NCBI RefSeq assembly: GCF_001194135.2
Contig: NC_068981.1
Span: 197,179,869-197,243,868 of the forward strand
Reading direction: 5' to 3'
Length of the DNA: 64,000 nucleotides
Origin: Octopus bimaculoides
Taxonomy: Eukaryota
Made by a program: the position numbers and the translations under genes
Notes under the pieces: generated by a model
The model's database searches: none
Told to the model about the DNA's origin: nothing
What the model saw: only the letters and a program-made list of their open reading frames with translations
Part shown: piece by piece, positions 48,014 to 59,125 of the stretch
How positions within the stretch are numbered: position 1 is the stretch's first letter
Layout of the letters: each line of letters starts with the position of its first letter

Positions 48014-48292
48014 CTATAGTATTCGAATTAGCTTCCTCCTTTCTGGTTTTGAGAAGCCTAATTTCTCAAGATTGGTACTTAGGTAGTGTGTTACACATCC
48101 CAGGGCCCTAATAGTTACAGGTATAAACCTGAACTTGTAATCCGGATAGAGTAACTGCAGATTTCTCAATAGTTCCACATAGGTGTTCTCTTTTTCACTG
48201 ATCTTCAGCTTTATGTTAACATCTGCTGGGCAGCTAATTTCCACAACTGTGCAGTTTTTCTTCTCTATCCCAAATCACTATATCAGGCCTGT
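48014..48292 (-). mobile_element. R4/Dong-like non-LTR element, restriction-like endonuclease fragment
   Basis: HNRPDIVIWD...VEISCPADVNIKLKISEKENTY...FIPVTIRALG with one frameshift; PD-(D/E)xK-type RLE layout. Confidence 0.75.
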
Positions 48293-49149
48293 TGTGCATG
48301 TATGTATGTATGTATAGGAGTAGACGTGGCTGTGTGGTAAGAAGCTTACTTTCCAACCACATGATTCTGGGTTCAGTCCCACTGCATGGCACCTTGGGCA
48401 AGTGTCTTCTACTATAGCCTCGGGCCAACCAAGGCCGTGTGAGTGGATTTGGTAGACAGAATCTGAAAGAAACCCATCATGTGTGTGTGTATCTGTCTGT
48501 CTGTCTTTATGTATGTATGCCAGGGAGGATACTTAGAAATAATTGGTAGCTTCTATTATCTGGGTGACCAAGTCAGCAGTGGAGATGGATGTAATAACGA
48601 GCTCCCGTCATTAGGCAAATATCAACAACACGAATACACATACTTCCGTTTCTTATTAGCAGACGTGTTCGGATCTAAATAAAAATCCAGATTTTATGGA
48701 ATTATACCTAGAAATTCAGTATGACAGGAAAATCTAGTGATGATCAACACTAGTTCCAACCAAGGACTCACATCATGCTCTATTCCCTCTCTGTATGTCT
48801 TTTACCGTTACTATAACACCTTCTGCTCTTCTAAACCTGCAGGTTACAAACCAATCTCGTCTGCAATCCTAACCAAACACACTGCATTATTTTTCTGTCT
48901 AACCCCCACCATAATTTGCCCAAAACATTTTATCTATTACTATCATGCTTTGTTCCCCGTCAATAAACTCTCTACCGGCGCTAGATATTGATCTCACCAG
49001 TCAGCATTAATTAATAAATAACTAACAATGTAATGACATTACAACGACGACATGGTTTTGAGAAGAAAACAACGAAAACAAAAATAAAAAACATTGTCTC
49101 GTCTGCTGATCACGTGGTCTGTCGTCTGCTCTTTCCAATTACACGACAA

Positions 49150-49409
49150 ACGCGCTCACACACACACACACACGTCGCACACATGACACAATAAACACGT
49201 AAGATACACATACATTCACACTTAGTATGCACACAAGAACACAAGTATACACACACGTGCATACACACACACACACACAAACAATGCACTCACACACACA
49301 CAAACAATGCACTCACACATACACACACATACAAACAATGCACTCACACACACACAAACGTTACACACGCGCGCACGCACTGTAGTTTAGGTTTCTTCCC
49401 CTCTTTCTC

Positions 49410-49490
<81 letters not shown>
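49150..49490. repeat. (CA)n and (CT)n microsatellite block
   Basis: Direct reading. Other blocks: (TCTA)n 46424-46490, (GATA)n 52300-52420, and dense CA/TA/CT repeats at 60290-64000. Confidence 0.95.
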
Positions 49491-49492
<2 letters not shown>

Positions 49493-50680
49493 GATCAGTT
49501 CCAGTGTCTGCTTTATTTCTCTCTTTTTCTCTTCCGTCGCAGCATATTACCTTTCTTTCTTTCTTCACTCCTTCTTACTTTCTCTCACACACACCACCCT
49601 CTCTCCTTCCCTCTATCTCTCTCTCTAGCAATATTTTCACTCCCTATCTCAAGCTACGTTTCTCGTCTCCTCTTCCTTCAACTGACTCCCCTACTCTTTC
49701 TTTGTCTTTCCTCTCACTCTTCCCGAACACATACACACAAAAACACTTACGCACACATCCAACACATACAAGCACACACTCAAACACACACATACCATGA
49801 GCCAACGAGGCAGCCTCTACGTGGTTGCTCGACTTGCTAGAAACAGCAGCCATATTTTTCTCACATCTCAACCTATCACCGTCTTAAAATAGGAGCACAC
49901 ATTGAATAAAAGGTGGAACGGTCATGTCTAGAATGCCTTTCAACATAGATTTGCTCATTCAGAGCTCACCTGGACGAAAACCAACGCACACACACCCATG
50001 TTTAGATATTATCATGATATATCGATGTGTGTGTCTATATAGTTTCTTAAATTATACCATCAAATCTCCGACCCAAATACTATTTATCTATATTAATGTC
50101 TCTTTGTTTCTGTCTGCAACTCTCTCTCTCTCTCTCTTCTCCTCCCTTTGTCTGTCTCTCTATCTGCCTTTCTTCTTTCCTCTTTCTTTATTTCTTTCTT
50201 TCTTTCTTTCTATTTTATTCTCTCTCTTTCTCTCCCTCACTCTCTCTCTGTCCCCCTCTCTCTCTGTCCACGTCTATATAAAGCTCTTTGTCTTTCTGCG
50301 ATACAAATTCATTCAACATTGATTCAAGACCAGAAAACACGGTCGATCGTATAATCGTTTCCAATATCTGACTGGTAAATTTAACTGACCCCCACCCCCA
50401 CCCCACGAACTTCTGCCACTGAAAAAAGAAAACAAATTCAACCTCAGTAGGATTTGAACCCAGATTCGTTCAGTTAAGTGTCTGAGGTAGTCAACATTAA
50501 CTTATTAGAAATAACTGGGCGGCAGGAAAAGCAAACGGTGACTGAATAGTAGTTATCATTTATGGGAGGTAACTCCGAATTTGTTTGATTATTGTTTAAG
50601 CCTCGTCAGTGAAATATAGAGTTCGTCGTATTTGTTGAAATAGGGACGAGAAAATCAATAAATAGACATACCAAATTGTA

Positions 50681-51505
50681 CAGGGTGCAGTGAATAAACT
50701 GTCATCTAAATTACGGAGAAATGAAAATAACACTGACATCTCATTTCAACAGATATATTTACCAAAATTACACAAAACTATCTCGAGATACTAAAGAGTA
50801 AATTTATTCAATAAAATCGCCATTGGCTTCAGCCATGGCATTCAGACGACTTTGGAATCACCTGCAACTCTTCTGGGCGGTCTCCTTGTTTAAGTTGGTG
50901 AATGCTGCCATAATCCTTGCCTTCAGTTCATCTTTGGTGTTACAAGGAGTTTTGTTGGTCTCTCACTCAACTGCGACCCACACATAATAATCCAGGGGGT
51001 TGCAGTCTGGGGAGTTAGGTGACCAAGTGTTAGGGGTGGTGTGCTCGCAGAAATTGTCTGACAGCCATGACTGGATTCTCCTGCTTGTGTGGCATGGTGC
51101 AGAGTTCCGTGTTCCAGCAGCTACCCTCTTGACCCAGGGAAGCACTACCTCCTCCGGGCACTTGATGCAGGCCTCTGTGTTGAGTGTGAGGTTGTGTGGG
51201 ATGATGAATGGAGGCATGTCACCATCACTAGTGATCACTCTGGACACTATGATATTGACTGGGTCCTCAAATTGACACCCAAACACTCTGAAATGTTCAT
51301 ATTAGAGCTTCAGGTACAAATGCCAAGCAGTACAACATGTCATTTCCAAGTTTCTGGCAGAGTGAATTGCATCATGCTGCTTTTTTCTCACAGACGGTGC
51401 CCAACTGACCCTACAATACTCTCTGGTTGACAATATCTAAAACAAACAATGCGCACACATAAAATTAGAAATATAGAATGGCAACGATTTACGCATCACA
51501 CTCTC
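50681..51505 (-). mobile_element. Non-autonomous DD37D element with both ends
   Basis: TA-cagggtgcagtgaataaac left end and a degenerate ...acgcatcacactctc-TA right end. Contains VITSDGDMPPF...SPDCNPLDYYVW. Confidence 0.82.
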
Positions 51506-52300
51506 TACATTAGTAGGTAGGCGTGGCTGTGTGGTAAGAAGTTTGCTTACTAACCACTGTGTGGCACCTTTGGGCAAGTGTCTTCTACTATAGCCTTAGG
51601 CCAGCTAAAGCCTTTTGAGAGGATTTGGTAGACGGAAACTGAAAGAAGCCTGTTGTGTGTGTGTGTGTGTGTATCTTTGTATCTGTGTTTGTCTCCCCAC
51701 CAACACCACTTGGCAACTGGTGTTAGTTTGTTTATGTCCTCCTTAAGTTAGTGATTTGGCAAAAGAGATCAATAACATAAGAACCAGGCTCATAAAGAAA
51801 ATACTACTGGAGGTCAATTAGTTCGACTAAAATTCCACAAGGTAGAGCCCCAGCATGGCCACAGTCCAATGACTGAAACAAGTAAAAGATAAAACAGAAA
51901 ATATGAATCCTTATCAACACCATTATTTAATGTTTGTGTAGTTTATTTGAGATAGATTTTCTATAGCTGGGTGCCCTTCCTGCAGCCAACATTTAATTGT
52001 TTACAAGCAAGCTAATATTTCTCCAGTGGCTAGATATGTTCTCACAGAATATTGAAAAATGAACAACACTGCTTGTATGACAGTGACAATCATTTACAAT
52101 TGTATATCCATCTATGTATACAGACAGACAGATGGACGGATGGGTAGACAGGTTGATAGATAGATAGACAGACAGATAGACGGAGAAACAGATGGCCGGA
52201 CAGAGAGATGGAGAAACAGAAGGTGCTCAGTAAACACAAATATGTCAGTTGAATATATAAATCGACCAACAGAGAAATAGACTGACCGATGGACAAACAG

Positions 52301-52355
<55 letters not shown>

Positions 52356-52376
52356 CAGATAGACAGACAGACAGAC

Positions 52377-52421
<45 letters not shown>

Positions 52422-52794
52422 CATATATACATACATACATACATATCAATGTAGCTAAGCTATCAATGGCTTAAAGAAATAACTTAAAAGATATTCCTCT
52501 CGTTCCATGGTTAAAATTTCCTTCAACGCATCATCAGCCCAGACAATGTCTTACAGAGCAGTGAGTCTCTATATCACACATATAGCATCTTCAGAGTTGG
52601 ATAAAGGAATACCATGAAGAAAGGTTTTAAATATATTTTTTACTGATATCTAACCTAGAATTATTTCACTGAAAAAAATGTAATTATGTTAAAAAGGATA
52701 TTGAAAATCTCTTATTAAAATTAGATGATTATTTGTTTGAAAATAATAAAGGATGAAGGCTGTTGGCATCACTCAGCAAGACCTTTGTCAGCCA

Positions 52795-53250
52795 TTCTCC
52801 AGCAATCTACTTAAAGCTGTATATGGCTTGGAATTTGCACCACCAGGCTGGAACCCCTATCTTGCTCAGGATGTTGACCTTCTGGAAACTGTTCAGAGAC
52901 GTGCAACCAAGCGAATACCCGCCATCAGGCATCTACCACACTCTGAATGCCTTGCTTCCTGGACGTAGATACATTGAAGCTCCAACGTCTGGCAACTGAT
53001 TTGGTAAACACCCACAAAATTATTAGCCATCGTACCAACAACCATCTCGAGCACCTTTTTGAGCTCCATGTGTTTCTAACATGTGGGCATGCCTACAAAG
53101 TCAGAAAACAGCACAGCTTCCATGACTTTCAGAAACACTTTTTCACACTCACTGAAGCATGGAACAAATAACCTGCATCAGTTGTTAGCTGCTTAGACAT
53201 TGCATCTTTTAAAGCCTCCATGCTTTCTGAAATTTGCCAACACTACACCT
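52795..53250 (+). mobile_element. CR1-clade LINE 3' fragment
   Basis: LEFAPPGWNPYLAQDVDLLETVQRRATKRIP, DLVNTHKII, GHAYK remnants. Confidence 0.8.
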
Positions 53251-53419
53251 GATATCCACCCCTCCATACATATGCACACATGTATATCATGACTCATACA
53301 CTGTTCACTTTCCTGACTTTTGGACAACACTCTCTCATTTTCCACAGGGTCATTCTTTCTAAGCCTTCTCTTGATCTTCTTGTGCTTCATTTTCTGTATT
53401 TCAAACTTTGAACAACCGC

Positions 53420-54360
53420 TGTGTACTCTTTTCTTCTAACAATTTCAGTCTGGTGCCCCTCTCTTGCAATCAATGACTGAAACTCTTGTCCATGTCAGAG
53501 CAATTCTGAGGCAGTCTTTGAACCTCATTTTGGTTTTATGTGCTGGCCTCCTACCATCTTCCACCTTACCATACCAAAGTTACTTAGGAAGTCTTTCGTC
53601 ATTCATTCTCACCAAATGTCGACCCCACCTCAAATGACTTTGCAAAATCATTGATTCTACACTCCTACTACCACTTCTCTCAAGTACCTCCACATCACAG
53701 ATGGCCACTTTCCAATTTATCTCAAGAATTTTCCTGAAACAATATTGATGATTTGATAGATATCTGTAATACTTATCGAATTTCTGCAGTGAATATTTTT
53801 GTGATAGTTTATTAGTTTTATATAGGTGTGTCTTGGTCAAATATTTAAGAAGCTCTCGTTGCGATTCAATTTCCATTAACCCTACTTCGCTCATAAAAAC
53901 TTGGATTGACCCAAGCTTATAATAAAACTCTTGCATAATATGTTAAGTAGTGGCATCAAATAGAGGACTTTGTGATCACGACGAGAGCTTCTTAAATATT
54001 TGACTACAACGAGCCTGTATTAAACTAATAAAATATTGATGATATCATTCGAAATGCCTTAAATGCCTACAACAAACAATCCATGTCCCACTTCCATACA
54101 GCAACGATGGCAGGACACGTGTGCTATAAAGCCTAACTTTAATTTGGAAAGTTATACTATGGCATGGCAAGAGACACTTGAAAAGCCTAGCAAAGGCACT
54201 TCGGATGATTCTGTATGAAATTTCATCCTCAAGACCAGCAGTGCTCAAAGTACTTCCGAAATAAATGGATTTAGTTACAGCTTCCAACCTTTGTCCATAT
54301 ACAGTTATAGAAGTTACAGAGATGTACTTGCATAGCAAGTGACCTGATCTGAGATCGTGT
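53420..54360 (-). mobile_element. RTE (BovB-like) LINE fragment split by an insertion at 53753-54043
   Basis: LEAVTKSIYFGSTLS...VLPSLLYGSGTW...RHFE | YHQYCFRKIL...EVLERS...LRWGRHLVRMNDERLPK. Confidence 0.8.
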
Positions 54361-55747
54361 GCTGGAACGAAAACAATTGCAGCGTGGAAGGTGTTTATAA
54401 GCCATTTAAGAAACACACAAAAACCATTAGATTCACTTCAACATTTAAATTTAATTTGCCAAAATATTTTCGTCGTTTTGAGACCTGTTCACTGACAAAA
54501 TTCCGTGCAGCAGGAATTATGTTGTTGGGAAGCAACCTTCTTACCTCACAGCCATGCCAGAGGAAGATTGTGAATAAAAGCAGGAGGGCTTGTCTATTAG
54601 CACTCTAGAGATCACAGTCCTGGAAGAAATTTTAGGATACTGAACAGAGCAAATTGTCTTTTCCCTTGTGTGCTTTGACTGACCTGTGGTCAACTCTAAA
54701 CCAACCGAAAAATCAGAATAAAGAAAAACTGCCATCCTGCAAGTAATGTGGAGTAACTCTTTACACCTTGAACCATATTTTGACTGAATATTCTAAGGCA
54801 CTGGAAGAAAGTTAAAACTAGGTCCTTACAGAAATTGCCAAGTGGACAGCCTGGAAACAGTTTAACTCTTTTGATACCAACCCGGCTGAAACTGCCTCTG
54901 GCTTTGTAGTACAAATGTCTTGTTTTCATTAGTTTAGAATTAAAACCTTCCACCAAACCTTAGTCACAATTTATGTTCCTAACACTAGCTGAATGACAAC
55001 GATGTTATTTTACTAAATTCTTTGTTATATTTAAAATCAATTGAAAGAAACACAGAACATCTCAAAATAAATTGGTAATGAAAGCCAACAAGCAGCAGAT
55101 GTCACAGCACTCAAGTATCTGATTCCAAGGAAGAACGATAAGGCTTCAAATGCAAAAACAGCCTTTAGGGATTCGTTTTCTATTTTGAAGCAAGATTCTG
55201 ACTGGGAGTTGCAAGTGGCTCTGAAGAACAAACAAGTGGCAGTAACATCACTTCAACCAAGCATGATTTTTCTACCCAGGAGTCCCAAAATAAGCATCAT
55301 GGTTGAACCTAGAATATTCTAGGAGGACAAAATTGACATTTCTCATCAATTGAAGAAAGACAAACATCAGGAATTTGTTGATGTTAAAAGGTGGCATACA
55401 GGCTCGTTCCTTGTCAAAACTGGCTGCCAGAGATTCCCCGGAAGAATGGTGTGGTATTTCTCGCAGAAGATAGCTTTGTAACCCAAATAATGTTTGTGAA
55501 AAACACATCTGTATTCTATAAAATTCCTCACAAAAAAAAAAAAAGAAAAAATGATGGAAGCAACACTTATTGAATGACACACTGCTAAAATTAACACACA
55601 CAAAAATGGTAATAGTTAATGAAACAATTAATATTTTAAATCATTAACTGACAATATAATGACTTGTATAACACAGTGACAATGACCATACAATTTGATA
55701 CAAAACCATTACGTGAATGTTGAAAAACATTACATTTTCTTTCATAT

Positions 55748-55960
55748 AGTTCTATATTTAAGAGATGAGGAATTATGTACATTATTTACATTATTTACAT
55801 TTGACAGATATTTGTCCTCATCTTGTTTGTTGTTAACACAACATTTCGGCTGTTATACCCTCCAGCCTTCATCAGGTGTCTTGGGAAAATTTCGAACCCA
55901 CGGGCATATGGCGTAGTGGTTAAGAGCATGGGCCACTAATCCCAAGATTCTGAGTTCGAG
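55748..55960. mobile_element. Rearranged Penelope-like module: hammerhead tail on - (55748-55898) fused to a tRNA-like head on + (55902-55958)
   Basis: Minus strand has gacac CTGATGA a ggctgg agggtata acagcc GAA ATGT T gtgtt. Plus strand has TGGCGTAGTGG...GAGTTCGAG. Confidence 0.75.
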
Positions 55961-56217
55961 AGATCATGAAGAAAAAAATGCTTTCTAATTGATGTATCAA
56001 TACTAGCAGATGACAACGTCCCCCAACATTGCTTGACAACCGATGGTGTGTTTATATCTCCATACCCTAGCGGTTTGGCAAAAGAGACTGATAGAATAAG
56101 TACTAGGCTTACAAAGAATAAGTCCTGGGGTCGATTTGTTCGACTAAAGGCAGTGCTCCAGCATGGCCACAGTCAAATGACTGAAACAAATAAAAGAATA
56201 AAAGAATAAATAAATAA

Positions 56218-56248
<31 letters not shown>

Positions 56249-57721
56249 TACATATACATACACATACCCACACACACACACACACATGCGTGCGGCTCAT
56301 GAAATGCAGGAAAAAGTCAGAGTTCTGAGTAATATGACATATTTTAATTTAATTGTTTTAAAATACTAAAGCACATTTTTTCCCCTATTTTTCCTACTTG
56401 AATTATTGTGTCANNNNNNNNNNNNNNNNNNNNNNNNNNNNNNNNNNNNNNNNNNNNNNNNNNNNNNNNNNNNNNNNNNNNNNNNNNNNNNNNNNNNNNN
56501 NNNNNNNNNNNNNNNNNNNNNNNNNNNNNNNNNNNNNNNNNNNNNNNNNNNNNNNNNNNNNNNNNNNNNNNNNNNNNNNNNNNNNNNNNNNNNNNNNNNN
56601 NNNNNNNNNNNNNNNNNNNNNNNNNNNNNNNNNNNNNNNNNNNNNNNNNNNNNNNNNNNNNNNNNNNNNNNNNNNNNNNNNNNNNNNNNNNNNNNNNNNN
56701 NNNNNNNNNNNNNNNNNNNNNNNNNNNNNNNNNNNNNNNNNNNNNNNNNNNNNNNNNNNNNNNNNNNNNNNNNNNNNNNNNNNNNNNNNNNNNNNNNNNN
56801 NNNNNNNNNNNNNNNNNNNNNNNNNNNNNNNNNNNNNNNNNNNNNNNNNNNNNNNNNNNNNNNNNNNNNNNNNNNNNNNNNNNNNNNNNNNNNNNNNNNN
56901 NNNNNNNNNNNNNNNNNNNNNNNNNNNNNNNNNNNNNNNNNNNNNNNNNNNNNNNNNNNNNNNNNNNNNNNNNNNNNNNNNNNNNNNNNNNNNNNNNNCT
57001 TAAAATCCCTTATCAAAATTTCATGTTAATTTCATCCATGAGTTGGATGGTTTTATAGGAGCTGGCAAGGCAGGAATTGTTGTCTATTCTGGCATGGTCT
57101 CCATGGTTGGATGCCTTTCCTATTGTCAACCATTTTACAAGGTGTACTGTGTGCATTTTAAATGGCACCCCAGCACTGACAGGGTCACCAAGACAAAAAG
57201 AAAAAAAAAAACGGTTGTTTCAAATTCCAGTTTAATATCAATAAAGCTAATTTGCTATATATGTGCTTCATTAATTTAAAAATTCATCAAAACAAACAGT
57301 ATATTTCAAGGGAAATTTAGTAAAAAAATGTAAAAAATACAAGATGTTGCTGGGCCTGGGAACTAATCACATGGTCTTAAGGTCATGAGTCAAACACTGT
57401 AACCACTAGGCCACTCATATGTTAGAAGTATGCCTGTACATCTCAACACTGGATATGCCATAATGTGGTATTGACTTTACACTCTGTCTCAGCAGATGTA
57501 TTATCACACTTTAGTCGTTGGTTCTCCATTGATTCTCTGTTGGTGCTTGATGCAGAATGTACGATTTGTTGAACCAGTTTGTGAAATTAATGTGCAAGAA
57601 GCTGAATATACCACATGCACATGCAAAGGTCAGGCCTTTCAATAATAGGGGATCTATATCAGCCTCTCTGATGAGCACTGTCATAAGTTCTAACCTAACT
57701 CATGTGCGAAACTGAGTGATA

Positions 57722-58634
57722 CGAGATGGTATCAAAAAGTTCCCGGACTAGTTCTGTTGCACAACAACAGATAGCAGCACATAGTTGCGTGCATAGTGAG
57801 AGCTAGCAGTGACCTTCATGAGGCAATGTGCCAAGTAACATCGCTGTGTTTCCTTTGAAAGTTGTGAAATTTGTGTTTTTCTGATCATGTGTATGCTATA
57901 GTCTGCGATTTTTGTCAGGGACAGGAACAAGGAGCCTACGTGAAATTTTGCGTTAAACTTGAGAAGTCCGCTATAGAGATATTAAACATGCTTTGGAAAA
58001 TTTACAGTGCTGAGGCAATGGGCTGTTTTGAGTGTTTTGAGTGGCACGGGCATTTTAAAAGTAGAAGAACATAGCTGGAAGACGATGAGCAATCTGAAAG
58101 ACCTGCCATGAGCATCACCCCTGAAAATGTGGTATTGCGTATCAAGAATTCATCCCCCAGGGCCTGACCATCAACCGAGAGTTCTACTGTGAAGTTTTGA
58201 AGCGTTTGAGGGAAGACATCCGGTGAAAGCAACTGGATCTTTGGAGTGCAAAGAATTGGATTTTTCAAGACGACAATGTCTCCTGTTACTAAGTTCTCCT
58301 CATTAATGAGTTTCTTGCCAAAAACAACATGGTATCGCTTCAGTATCAACTCTATTCATCAGATCTAGCAACTACTGACTTCCATCACTTCCCCAAGGTT
58401 TCAAAGGTTGCCGTTTCAGCACCATTGTTGAGATCCAGAGTGAATTGCAAATGGCCCTTGACTCGCTTACAACAAATAACTTCCAGATTGGATTCCAAAA
58501 GAGGCAGGAATGCTGGGACCGGTGTATCGCTGTGCAAGGTGACTGTTTTGAAGCAGATACTGTTAAAACTTAGGTAGATGGGTTATTTTTTTTATTAAAC
58601 ATCATTAATCCAGGAACCTTTTGATTCTACCTTG
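57722..58634 (+). mobile_element. Mariner element, internally deleted and decayed
   Basis: TA-cgagatggtatcaaaaagttcccggact...atccaggaaccttttgattctaccttg TIRs. Remnants YVKFCVKL, LEDDE, FYCEVLKRLRE, QDDN and YSSDLATTDF. Confidence 0.85.
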
Positions 58635-58738
58635 TCAAATCAGCTGAAACAGATCTATGACCCTGCATAGTATAAATATACATCATTATCATCATCATCA
58701 TTGTTTTAACATTGCCTCTTTCATGCCTGTATGGGTTA

Positions 58739-59125
58739 AAAACTAAAAGAGGCAGCACATATGCTGGGACTTACTTAACCTAAGCAGGCCTAGTGCAGAT
58801 ATGAGTAGCTTATGGGAACCGGCATTAAGGAAGGATAGGAAAATATTAGAGTTATAAGCCCTAAAATTCACTCCATAATTACTCACAAGCATATGGCGTA
58901 GTGGTTAAGAGTGCAGGCTACAAACCCTAAGATTCCAAGTTTGATTCCAGGCATTGCCCTGAATAATAATAATAATAATACCATGAGAAAAATATCTTAG
59001 GAATGAGAACCCAGGTTTGAAATTCCGCCAGGACACCTGATGAAGGCTGGAGAGTACATCAGTTGAAATGTTGTGTTAACAACAAACAAGATGAGGACAA
59101 ATATCTGTCAAATGTAAATAATGTA
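58739..59125 (+). mobile_element. Penelope-like element 3' end with complete tRNA-like A and B boxes and a decayed hammerhead
   Basis: KLKEAAHMLG...LSRPSADMSSLWEPALRK; A box TGGCGTAGTGG at 58894-58904; B-box variant at 58939-58948; CTGATGA at 59037. Confidence 0.75.

Noticed and set aside
55060-55520. Open frame of about 83 codons in high-complexity sequence
   Set aside because: Only vague Tc1-like hints; I cannot assign it as a gene or a transposase.
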